A stretch of DNA of 32,000 bases from positions 808,371 through 840,370 of the forward strand of contig NC_021353.1 of NCBI RefSeq assembly GCF_000404225.1. Direction: 5' to 3'. Position 1 is the first letter of the stretch. Each line of letters opens with the position of its first letter. Of this stretch, positions 9,221-17,043 are shown piece by piece. Position numbers and translations under genes: made by a program. Source of the DNA: Candidatus Methanomassiliicoccus intestinalis Issoire-Mx1 (lineage in GTDB: Archaea; Thermoplasmatota; Thermoplasmata; Methanomassiliicoccales; Methanomassiliicoccaceae). The notes under the pieces were generated by a model. The model was not told the origin of the DNA, ran no database searches, and worked only from the letters and a program-made list of their open reading frames with translations.

Positions 9221-9694
9221 AACAACAGCAACAATTAATGAAATTATTTTGTTCTTTGCCTTTTTAACTTTTTCATTAATTGCATCACCCCCATAATTTC
9301 TGAAAGGGGTATTGTTTACATACTATTTATACAGTATTATAGATTTTTATAGCTTATATCATGCATAAATTTTCAGTAGATTATTACTGTTATTAATCAG
9401 TGTATATGCAACATTGCTGATGATATTGTTACTTATGGCTTTGTGGTCATACATTGAAACTATAGTTAACATTTTATGATCTGCGGGCTAGATAAAAACA
9501 CACCACTTGATTTAAAATATCATCCAATCTGCTTGCAATCTGACTCTTCTTAAAATCTAAAATCTATATGTAGAATATTTTGAGCAAATCTTTATATTGA
9601 GTCCCTCAATAGTTTCGTTCTCGTTTCAGTACTAGACACCCTTGTTGCAATATTTCAGCATGCTTGTTTAACACTGAAGGACGGTCAGACAGAT

Positions 9695-9895
9695 ATGTTC
9701 GGTCCATATTTAATAGGCAAAGTACTGTGCGACTGTGGCGAATTGGCAGATTTGGATGAAGAGGTAATCCTTAGAAAAAAGCTCTTAGGCAAATCAGTTG
9801 AATGTAGAGCCTGTCGAAATAGGAGAATTGCCGAAGAACTTGAGATTGATAATGAAAATTCTGAATCTTCTGATAATTTTTATAGTGATTGCTAA
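9695..9895 (+). CDS. small CxC...CxxC zinc-ribbon-like protein with an acidic tail
   Basis: 66-aa ORF with CDCG and CRAC pairs about 34 residues apart and an acidic C-terminus (EELEIDNENSESSD). Lies 47 nt upstream of the COG0523 gene on the same strand. Confidence 0.45.
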   Translation: MFGPYLIGKVLCDCGELADLDEEVILRKKLLGKSVECRACRNRRIAEELEIDNENSESSDNFYSDC

Positions 9896-9942
9896 CATTC
9901 TTTTTAAATACGCCTAACTGGATAGAAGATTAGGCGACTTAT

Positions 9943-10542
9943 ATGGATATGATTGTCATAGCTGGGTTTCTGGGATCCGGAAAAACAACGCTTGTACTCT
10001 CATCGGTTAAAGATATCTATGAGCGGTATGGTAAAAAAGTTGCAGTTGTCGTTAATGATTTTGGTACAATAGGCATTGATGGAAAAGTGATGGAAAAATA
10101 TGGTCTTCAGGTTAAAGAACTTGCAGCTGGATGCGTATGCTGCACTCTGGGTCCAAGTCTCCTTATAACTGTAAAGGAAATCTATGAAAATATCCATCCA
10201 GATGTAATAATAGTAGAACCTACCGGCATAGCAAATCCCGAAGCTGTAGTAGGAATTTTATATCAAGCAGAGGAAGAATGGGTGCCTGAGAAGATAAGTT
10301 CAGTCGTTGTTGTGGATGCTCACAGATTTCCCATGATTATGAAAGCATTTGAAAGACCCCTAAAAAATCAACTCAATACTTCTGATTTTGTGGTTATCAA
10401 TAAGATAGATACTGTGGATGACAATGAACTATCTGAGATAAAAACTAAAATCGAAGAACTTGCTCCAGGCAAGCCAATTGTATGTGCATCCGCATCTCAG
10501 AATAAAAACATTTCAGAAATGATAGACAGGCTGGTGAATTGA
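9943..10542 (+). CDS. COG0523/CobW-type G3E GTPase, N-terminal GTPase domain only
   Basis: 199 aa. Walker A GFLGSGKTT, the COG0523 metal motif GCVCC, EPTG switch, NKID specificity motif. It ends where the CobW C-terminal domain normally begins. Confidence 0.85.
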   Translation: MDMIVIAGFLGSGKTTLVLSSVKDIYERYGKKVAVVVNDFGTIGIDGKVMEKYGLQVKELAAGCVCCTLGPSLLITVKEIYENIHPDVIIVEPTGIANPEAVVGILYQAEEEWVPEKISSVVVVDAHRFPMIMKAFERPLKNQLNTSDFVVINKIDTVDDNELSEIKTKIEELAPGKPIVCASASQNKNISEMIDRLVN

Positions 10543-10958
10543 TGCTTACTGATGATTTCACAGCTTATGCTGCTAAAGTAAACATTAGTCTGAAAGAACC
10601 AGTATCTGCAGATTCGATTCAGAGAAAATTAACTACGTTTCTGTCACTCATAGCATCAGAATGTTCTGACAATGGAGCCTATCTGATTGGGCACATAAAA
10701 TGCGTTGTAGAATCTGAAAAGGGATTTTATGCATCCAGCATAACCGCGCCTACCGATACTCCATCGGTAAGAGGAGAGATGGGAGATGGTTCCGAATCTT
10801 TAGAAGTCATAATCAATGTGCTTCTATATGGATTAGACAAACTAACTGTAAAGCAAATAACTAAGGCTGCTGTACCAGTATCTCTTTCGTTCGTTGACGC
10901 TGAGATAAAAATATGGGATCTAGAAAGTGAAGAAAATCAGCCGATTCATTTCGGCTGA
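10542..10958 (+). CDS. hypothetical protein, possibly a detached CobW C-terminal-like domain
   Basis: 138 aa from the ATG at 10542 (TGATG overlap with the GTPase stop; TTG at 10539 in the track). The pattern LIGHIKCVV...LEVIINVLLYGLDKLTVKQI loosely resembles the CobW_C layout. Similarity is judged by eye only. Confidence 0.5.
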   Translation: MLTDDFTAYAAKVNISLKEPVSADSIQRKLTTFLSLIASECSDNGAYLIGHIKCVVESEKGFYASSITAPTDTPSVRGEMGDGSESLEVIINVLLYGLDKLTVKQITKAAVPVSLSFVDAEIKIWDLESEENQPIHFG

Positions 10959-13423
10959 TCCTCTTTAGACTTTGTACTTGCTTTTACTGCTGGTTTCTTC
11001 GTAGTGGTTTTCTTCGCAGCTGTTTTTGAAGTAGTCTTTTTGCTGGCGGTCTTTGAAGTTACAGTTTTCTTTGTAGTTTTTGTTTTAGCAGCTGCTGTTG
11101 TCTTAACCGAAGTTTTCTTATCGGTCTTAGTGACACTTTTCTTAGCTGAAGACTTAGATCTCTTAGCTTTCTCTTTCTTTTCCGGGCATTCCATATTTGC
11201 ACAGAACTTCCATGATCTGCCACCAGTTTTCATTAGTATCATTGGAGAGCCACAGGATTCACACTGTTCTTCTGTTCCCAAGAGCTGCCCCATTTGGGGA
11301 AGTGGATATGTCTGAGTACAGTCTGGATAGCTTGTGCAACCCAGAAATCTTTTTCCAGCTCTGGAATATATAATCCTCATATCATTGCCGCAATTGGGGC
11401 ATCTAGCTATGAAATTCTTCGCTCTGTTTGTTGCGCACTCTGGATCGATGCAGCTGATCGAGACGGGCTGCCCTCTGCGGATAACCTTTACTCTGGGGGC
11501 GCCGCATTCGCATTCTTCATTCAGAGGCTGCACCAAGGCATTAGGTGGCATTGGATAGGTCTGGTTGCAGTCTGGATAATTAGAACATCCAATGAACGTT
11601 TTTCCTAGTTTTGTACGTATTGTCTTAAGATCCCCATTGCACGACGGGCATTTTCCAATGTAATGCTGGGCTTCAAGGGCTTTTCTTATTTCAGTACCTA
11701 TCTGGTCTCTGTTTCTTTCTAATGTCTCTAAGGCATTGGAGAGCATCTCTTGAGATTCCTCAACAACACCGTCTAACGTTTTACTGCCATGAGCAATTTC
11801 ATCCATATCCTCTTCAAGTTTGGCAGTCATTTTTGGATCTGTAACTATGTGTGCATGTTTATTTAGTGCTTCTACAACAGCTATCCCGCTTGCTGTAGGT
11901 ATCAAATCATTGCCTTCAGCATATTTTCTGTCATATAACTTTTGAATAATATCATGCCTTGTGGACTTTGTTCCCAGCCCTAACCGTTCCATCTCTTGGA
12001 TTAAACTTCCCTGGGAATACCGTCTAGGCGGTTGAGTCATTTTTTTCTCAAGTTCCACTGACAGTACATCGATATCTGCTCCGATCATAAGTTCTGGGAG
12101 ATCATATTCAGTAGTTTTCAGATACGGGTAATATTTTTTCCACCCCTGAAAGATTAATTTGTATCCCTTGGATGTGAATTTTTCATTTTTAATTCCAATA
12201 ACTGCTGATGACACTTCAGCCTTAGCAGGAGGAGCTACAGTTGCAAAGAATCTTCTGGTTATTAACTCATATAATGTCCATTTGTCACCTTTAAGTTGTT
12301 TCTTAGTAGCTGCTTCAGTGGGATATATTGGAGGGTGATCGGTTGTCTGTACCTTTCCTTTAGATGGCCTGATCTTCTCTTGTTTTAGCAACTCCTCGGC
12401 TTCAGCTTTGAACTCAGATTCCTTGAGTTTTTCTAAAATCCTTCTTAGGCCAAGGGATTGAGGATAAACCGTATTGTCTGTTCTTGGGTATGAGATATAT
12501 CCTGCAGTGTATAGGTCTTCAGCAATCTTCATAGCCCTTGATGCCGGGAAACCAAGTTTGTTAGCCTCCATAAGCATCATAGTAGTATTGAATGGTGGAA
12601 GAGGATACTCGTCTTTTTCGTTCTTTTCATACTTCAGAACTTTCCCGAGTTCTATTCCCTGACATGCATCAAGTGCTTTTTGCGCATCTACATCACTGTG
12701 AAATGGATTATTGACATGCTCTCCTTTGAACTCTATTCCATCTTCAAACCTTGCATTTATATTCCAATATGGTTGAGGTACGAATTCTTCAATTTCTTTA
12801 TGTCTGGCTACTATCAGTGCCAGGGTTGGGCTCTGCACCCTTCCTACTGATAAAAAGTTGCTTCCTCCTTGTCCAGAGGACATCGAAATGAATCTTGTTA
12901 GCACCGCACCCCATGCTAAATCTATTTTTTGCCTGCATTCTGCAGAGTCTGCAAGTTTTATGTCAGGGTCTGTAAGATCATTGAATGCTGTATCGATTTC
13001 AAGTTTAGTGAACGCGCTGAACCTTGCTCTTTTTATTTCTTTGCCTTCAGTGTCTAGAAGCCTAACGGCTTCCATTCCAATGAGTTCTCCTTCTCGGTCA
13101 TAGTCAGTAGCGATAACTATCTCGTCTGCATCAATCGAGAGATCTTTTAGGGCATTTACTATACTGTGAGCGCTGACGTTCTTTATAGGTTCAGCATATA
13201 TAAGATCTGAAAGTTCAACTTCAGACCAATTATTGAGACTTTCTGGATAGTCCAGCTCAATTATGTGTCCTCTTAATCCGATAATGAAAGTCGTACCCGA
13301 CTCCCCTTCGAATTGAAAAACTGAGACTTTGTTCACAGACGTCCTTTTTGACGTTCCTTGTGAAAGAATGACCGCAATTCTTGCGGCTGCGTCACTTTTT
13401 TCTGATATAATGAGCCGGCTCAT
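10946..13423 (-). CDS. topA: DNA topoisomerase I (type IA) with four zinc ribbons and a Lys/Thr-rich tail
   Basis: 825 aa. Toprim (ISEKSDAA, TDYDREGE), catalytic GYISYPRTDN, Zn ribbons CPSC/CSNYPDC, CECG, CPNC/CTSYPDC, CESC. Confidence 0.95.
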   Translation of the reverse strand: MSRLIISEKSDAAARIAVILSQGTSKRTSVNKVSVFQFEGESGTTFIIGLRGHIIELDYPESLNNWSEVELSDLIYAEPIKNVSAHSIVNALKDLSIDADEIVIATDYDREGELIGMEAVRLLDTEGKEIKRARFSAFTKLEIDTAFNDLTDPDIKLADSAECRQKIDLAWGAVLTRFISMSSGQGGSNFLSVGRVQSPTLALIVARHKEIEEFVPQPYWNINARFEDGIEFKGEHVNNPFHSDVDAQKALDACQGIELGKVLKYEKNEKDEYPLPPFNTTMMLMEANKLGFPASRAMKIAEDLYTAGYISYPRTDNTVYPQSLGLRRILEKLKESEFKAEAEELLKQEKIRPSKGKVQTTDHPPIYPTEAATKKQLKGDKWTLYELITRRFFATVAPPAKAEVSSAVIGIKNEKFTSKGYKLIFQGWKKYYPYLKTTEYDLPELMIGADIDVLSVELEKKMTQPPRRYSQGSLIQEMERLGLGTKSTRHDIIQKLYDRKYAEGNDLIPTASGIAVVEALNKHAHIVTDPKMTAKLEEDMDEIAHGSKTLDGVVEESQEMLSNALETLERNRDQIGTEIRKALEAQHYIGKCPSCNGDLKTIRTKLGKTFIGCSNYPDCNQTYPMPPNALVQPLNEECECGAPRVKVIRRGQPVSISCIDPECATNRAKNFIARCPNCGNDMRIIYSRAGKRFLGCTSYPDCTQTYPLPQMGQLLGTEEQCESCGSPMILMKTGGRSWKFCANMECPEKKEKAKRSKSSAKKSVTKTDKKTSVKTTAAAKTKTTKKTVTSKTASKKTTSKTAAKKTTTKKPAVKASTKSKEDQPK

Positions 13424-13471
13424 GCAATGTGTTCAAAGAGAAAAGGGTATAAAAAAAGTGTTATGATTTTC

Positions 13472-13933
13472 CTAATGGGAATGAACGTGAGCGTGCTTAT
13501 GATCATCCTCTTCGCTATGGCTCATAGAACCTGATGTCATAGTAAGTTTGCTGAAAACCACACCTTTTATTGCACCAATTTCATCTGCCAAATGTGTGAC
13601 TTCTTTAACTTTTCCCCATACAATCAGCACTTCTAAACACTGATCCATATTTAGGTGTACATGGATTGTTGAAGATATGCTGAGGTGCTTAGAGTGTTGG
13701 ATTTCCATCAATCGTTCTTGGGTGTAACTCACAGTATGGTCATACACCATTGTAATTGTACCCACTACCTCTGATTCGCTATCCCTCCAGCGATCTTCTA
13801 CAAGAGCATCTCTTATAAGATCGCGTATAGCTTCAGATCTTGCTGTGTATCCCTTATTGTTTACAAGCGTGTCGAACTCTTCTAAAAGATCGGGTTCGAG
13901 CGACATGCTTATTCTTACGACCTTATCCATCAT
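13472..13933 (-). CDS. nikR: nickel-responsive regulator NikR (ribbon-helix-helix plus Ni-binding domain)
   Basis: RHH N-terminus MMDKVVRISMSLEPDLLEEFD. High-affinity Ni site pattern HVH-x5-C (HVHLNMDQC). His-rich tail HKHAHVHSH. The track ORF extends to a TTG at 13981. I prefer the ATG at 13933, which lies about 25 nt downstream of a TATA-like box. TAG stop. Confidence 0.85.
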   Translation of the reverse strand: MMDKVVRISMSLEPDLLEEFDTLVNNKGYTARSEAIRDLIRDALVEDRWRDSESEVVGTITMVYDHTVSYTQERLMEIQHSKHLSISSTIHVHLNMDQCLEVLIVWGKVKEVTHLADEIGAIKGVVFSKLTMTSGSMSHSEEDDHKHAHVHSH

Positions 13934-13953
13934 GCACATATCGGGCTTCAAAG

Positions 13954-13962
13954 ATATAATAA
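13954..13962 (-). promoter_or_regulatory. TATA-like box (TTATTATAT on the minus strand) for a leaderless nikR transcript
   Basis: Centre is about 25 nt upstream of the ATG at 13933, matching archaeal leaderless promoter geometry. Confidence 0.35.
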
Positions 13963-13988
13963 TTGGCTCATCTTCCATCAATCTGGAC

Positions 13989-14043
13989 TATGATATACAC
14001 ATCTTTTGATGTTTCATATTACAATTGCCAATAAAACTGTAAT
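13989..14043. promoter_or_regulatory. two adjacent dyads: TATGA-N20-TCATA (13989-14018) and ATTACA-N14-TGTAAT (14018-14043)
   Basis: Both inverted repeats were read directly. TATGA/TCATA is the core of the E. coli NikR half-site (GTATGA-N16-TCATAC), but the spacing here differs. Confidence 0.25.
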
Positions 14044-14242
14044 GTTATCTATTTCTGAATGAATCGTTCTCTTTAATCACTTGCAATATCTTAAAAAGAT
14101 TTGATCTTCAGTCTAATCTGATGTAATATTTTTCTAAACTTCGCAATTGATAATTCCACATCTTTCAAGAATAAGTCAAAACTCATCAGTTTTTACATAT
14201 TAAAACTTTGCAAACCAATCCTTATATACACACTTGGTCGTG

Positions 14243-16186
14243 ATGAACTGGACTATGGATCTCAAGACATTTATCAAGAAGAATCTATTGTTTGTAGCGA
14301 TCATCATATTTGTAACTTTATTCATGTATGTTTTTGGATCTGAAAATGTACTGATCGGTGTAATGATGATCACCGCAGCTTTGATGATGCTTTCCAAAAA
14401 TCTAACTGGAAAGCCTTTTAAAAGCCTTGCTGGACTGATCGGGATAAATGTCACTCTGGGAGTAGGGTCGTTTTTAGCATATCTCAACCCCTGGCTTGGT
14501 CTTGTAACGAATTTTACAGTTGTTTTCATTGTAACTTTTGTTTTGATGCACGACATAAAGTCACCGGTACAATTTCCATTCTTACTGGGGTACGCTTTTA
14601 TCCTGGCATTTCCGGTGCCTGTCGAGGAATTTCCGCTTCGTCTTTTATCCCTGATAGTTGGATCAATTTTTATTGTAGTGCTCAACGTAGTTGTCAATCG
14701 CAACAGGCTTGCAATGAGTTGCCATGCGGGCATCTCAGGTCTGTTCTCTGAGATAAAATCACTCTTAGAAAAATTCCTCAACGGCGAAGAAGTTAATTCA
14801 AACACTCTTATCGAAAAAGCTAAACTTGTAAACTCTGCTGTTTATGACCGTCTGGAAGAAAAATATTATACATCCCCAGGGAGCAGATCGGCAATTAATC
14901 TTGCAATCTCTGCAGAAGAACTTGGAAAAGCTGTCATAGATGGAGATGATGAAGAACAAGATCTTAGAGACCTACTTCCTGTATTAGATGACCTCATCAG
15001 TTATCAAGAATTGAAAATTCCGCTTGAGCAGGTCCATAACAGCATAATGCAGTATTTAGATAATCACAGGTCTGCGGACTACGAAGTCCTATCAAGCCTG
15101 AGGATTATCGATTATGAGCTGGATATTCTTGTCAAGTCTGATAAAGAATCATTGATTAAATATACTGATTCTGAACAAATTCCTAAAAGCTTCAGAATGA
15201 AGACATTATTTAAGGAGAATTTTAGAAGAGATTCTCTAAAGTTCAGTTTTGCTTTCCGTGTAGCGTTACTGCTGGCACTATGGGAGTTTATAGGTGACTA
15301 CTATAACCTTGAAAATGCTAAATGGCTGGCATTTACTACAGTAGCTGTAGTACAGCCATATCTTGAAGCGACAGCTAGTAAATCACTAATGAGAGTAAAG
15401 GGAACGTTGGTGGGAGTGGCAATATTTACGGTATTAGCATACTTCATCTTGATAGAGAACCCATCGCTTACACCAGCAGTACTGATGATCATATCATATC
15501 TATACAGTATCCTTGATCCAAAGAGGTACGATGTGATGATGGTCTTCATAACCCTGATGGCTTTAATGACTGCATCAATGGTATTCCCTACAGAAACGTC
15601 AATCATAGAACGTCTTGTATATATCTTGCTGGGCATCGGTGCAGCTATGGTGGGAAGCCGTATTATTTTCCCATACAGGCTTAAAGATGAAAATATTGAA
15701 CTGTCTGGAAGATACATTTCAATCAGCAAAAGCCAGATTAGAGAATTGAGAAATGTGGCATCTGGCACAGTTGATGATGTGAAGAGCGCTGCACTCACAC
15801 TCACAGCCCACACAATCGCTGAGAAAATCAAGGTCAATAATGATCAAGATAATGACGATCTTGTAGACAGGTTGATGACAAAACAGACTGAAGTAACGAA
15901 TCAATGTTCCATTCTCCGGCAGATACTGATATCTACTCCAGATGATGGAAGTGTTAAGGATACTAAAAAAATGGTCGTGAAGGTCATCGATACATTCGGC
16001 TCTAATGGAAAAGAATCAATTCCAAAAGATATCTCTCCTTTCTTAGATGGTTTGACTACGCATGGAAGTGAATATATGAAGATGGTATTGAATGTGCTCA
16101 GGCTTCAGCGTGAAAGTGAAAATATGTTCATCGAGCTAACTTCACACAATGAAGACACACCTACAATAAATGCTGTGGCAGCTTAA
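14243..16186 (+). CDS. FUSC/ArAE-family (YccS/YhfK-like) integral membrane protein
   Basis: Two hydrophobic blocks separated and followed by long helical soluble regions. The second block, FAFRVALLLALWEFIG...TTVAVVQPYLEATASKSLMRVKGTLVGV, matches the FUSC core pattern. Start is ambiguous: TTG 14234, ATG 14243 or ATG 14255. Confidence 0.75.
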   Translation: MNWTMDLKTFIKKNLLFVAIIIFVTLFMYVFGSENVLIGVMMITAALMMLSKNLTGKPFKSLAGLIGINVTLGVGSFLAYLNPWLGLVTNFTVVFIVTFVLMHDIKSPVQFPFLLGYAFILAFPVPVEEFPLRLLSLIVGSIFIVVLNVVVNRNRLAMSCHAGISGLFSEIKSLLEKFLNGEEVNSNTLIEKAKLVNSAVYDRLEEKYYTSPGSRSAINLAISAEELGKAVIDGDDEEQDLRDLLPVLDDLISYQELKIPLEQVHNSIMQYLDNHRSADYEVLSSLRIIDYELDILVKSDKESLIKYTDSEQIPKSFRMKTLFKENFRRDSLKFSFAFRVALLLALWEFIGDYYNLENAKWLAFTTVAVVQPYLEATASKSLMRVKGTLVGVAIFTVLAYFILIENPSLTPAVLMIISYLYSILDPKRYDVMMVFITLMALMTASMVFPTETSIIERLVYILLGIGAAMVGSRIIFPYRLKDENIELSGRYISISKSQIRELRNVASGTVDDVKSAALTLTAHTIAEKIKVNNDQDNDDLVDRLMTKQTEVTNQCSILRQILISTPDDGSVKDTKKMVVKVIDTFGSNGKESIPKDISPFLDGLTTHGSEYMKMVLNVLRLQRESENMFIELTSHNEDTPTINAVAA

Positions 16187-16241
16187 GCTGCGCAGCTTCT
16201 TATTTTTATATCCAAAAAATTTTATTAAGTCTTCTTTTATC

Positions 16242-17006
16242 ATGCATTATATGCTGCTTGATTCTCTTGAATCTGTGATAAAAAAAATCCCATCACCGCA
16301 AGCTGTGATGTTTTCAGGGGGTTTAGATTGTGGAGTTCTTTCTGCACTCTCTAAAAAATACTTCACGCCAAAATTATACACAGTAGGAATAGAAAACTCA
16401 CATGATCTTATCGCTGGAGAACAGGGGGCTCAGGAAATCGGACTTCCATGGACTGGAATAGTCATTACGGATGAGCTTATTCTTGAAGAATGCTGTAAAG
16501 TTCTGAAGATTGTCGATCTTTCTCCATTAGAACTCTCTTATGAACTGCCGCTTCAGATATTGGCTTCAAGAATTGATGAAGAAAATTTGATAAGCGGCCA
16601 GGGAGCAGACGAACTTTTTGGAGGTTACAACCGTTACTCAGAAATGTCAATCAGTGAAGCTGAATCATCATCTAAGAACGATTATGAGCGGCTTTTTACA
16701 AACATCATGCTCAAGGAGGATCTGATTGCTTCAGCATACTGCAAAACGTTGTGGAGACCATTCTTAAATGAGCGAGTAGCCGAGGTAGCTCTGTCCATTC
16801 CTATGTCTGATAAGATATCGGGAGGAGTAAATAAGATCCCTCTTAGAATTTTGGCTGAGGAGCTTGGGTTAAAAACTATCGCTTCAAGAAAGAAAAAGGC
16901 GGCACAATATGGTTCAGGAATCATGAAATCTTTAAAATCCTGCTCCAAAAAGAACAATCAAACATTGGATGAGTATATCTCTTCGTTAAAAAAAGAGAAT
17001 ATTTGA
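16242..17006 (+). CDS. asparagine synthetase-like PP-loop ATP pyrophosphatase, synthetase domain only
   Basis: PP-loop variant MFSGGLDCG and the AsnB C-domain signature GQGADELFGGYNRY. No N-terminal Ntn glutaminase domain. The track ORF (16170) overlaps the FUSC gene; the ATG at 16242 lies about 35 nt after TTTTATA (16204-16210). Confidence 0.75.
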   Translation: MHYMLLDSLESVIKKIPSPQAVMFSGGLDCGVLSALSKKYFTPKLYTVGIENSHDLIAGEQGAQEIGLPWTGIVITDELILEECCKVLKIVDLSPLELSYELPLQILASRIDEENLISGQGADELFGGYNRYSEMSISEAESSSKNDYERLFTNIMLKEDLIASAYCKTLWRPFLNERVAEVALSIPMSDKISGGVNKIPLRILAEELGLKTIASRKKKAAQYGSGIMKSLKSCSKKNNQTLDEYISSLKKENI

Positions 17007-17043
17007 TCGCAACATAATTATGCAAAATACGAAATAGGCTTTT

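Noticed and set aside
9300-9694. 395-bp AT-rich divergent intergenic region examined for a riboswitch, ncRNA or micro-ORFs (for example a 19-codon hydrophobic ORF near 9423)
   Set aside because: Only weak 5-bp stems are present, such as TTCAG...CTGAA just upstream of 9695. No conserved riboswitch core is recognisable, and the micro-ORFs lack start context.
11004-11608. Three plus-strand ORFs (103, 104 and 74 aa) inside the topA region
   Set aside because: They are antisense shadows of the topA tail and zinc-ribbon region. Their products are low-complexity (VFFAAVFEVVFLL...), and topA on the opposite strand has unambiguous motifs.
14200-15904. Minus-strand ORFs of 201, 178 and 61 aa opposite the FUSC-family gene
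   Set aside because: Antisense to a long, well-supported membrane-protein frame, with odd composition and no start context.
16170-16241. N-terminal extension of the AsnB-like ORF, and similarly 23215-23277 for cobQ, 18272-18292 for nth and 13934-13981 for nikR
   Set aside because: The extensions overlap upstream genes or promoter elements and add non-homologous residues. Internal ATGs with TATA or SD context give N-termini that match the family patterns.
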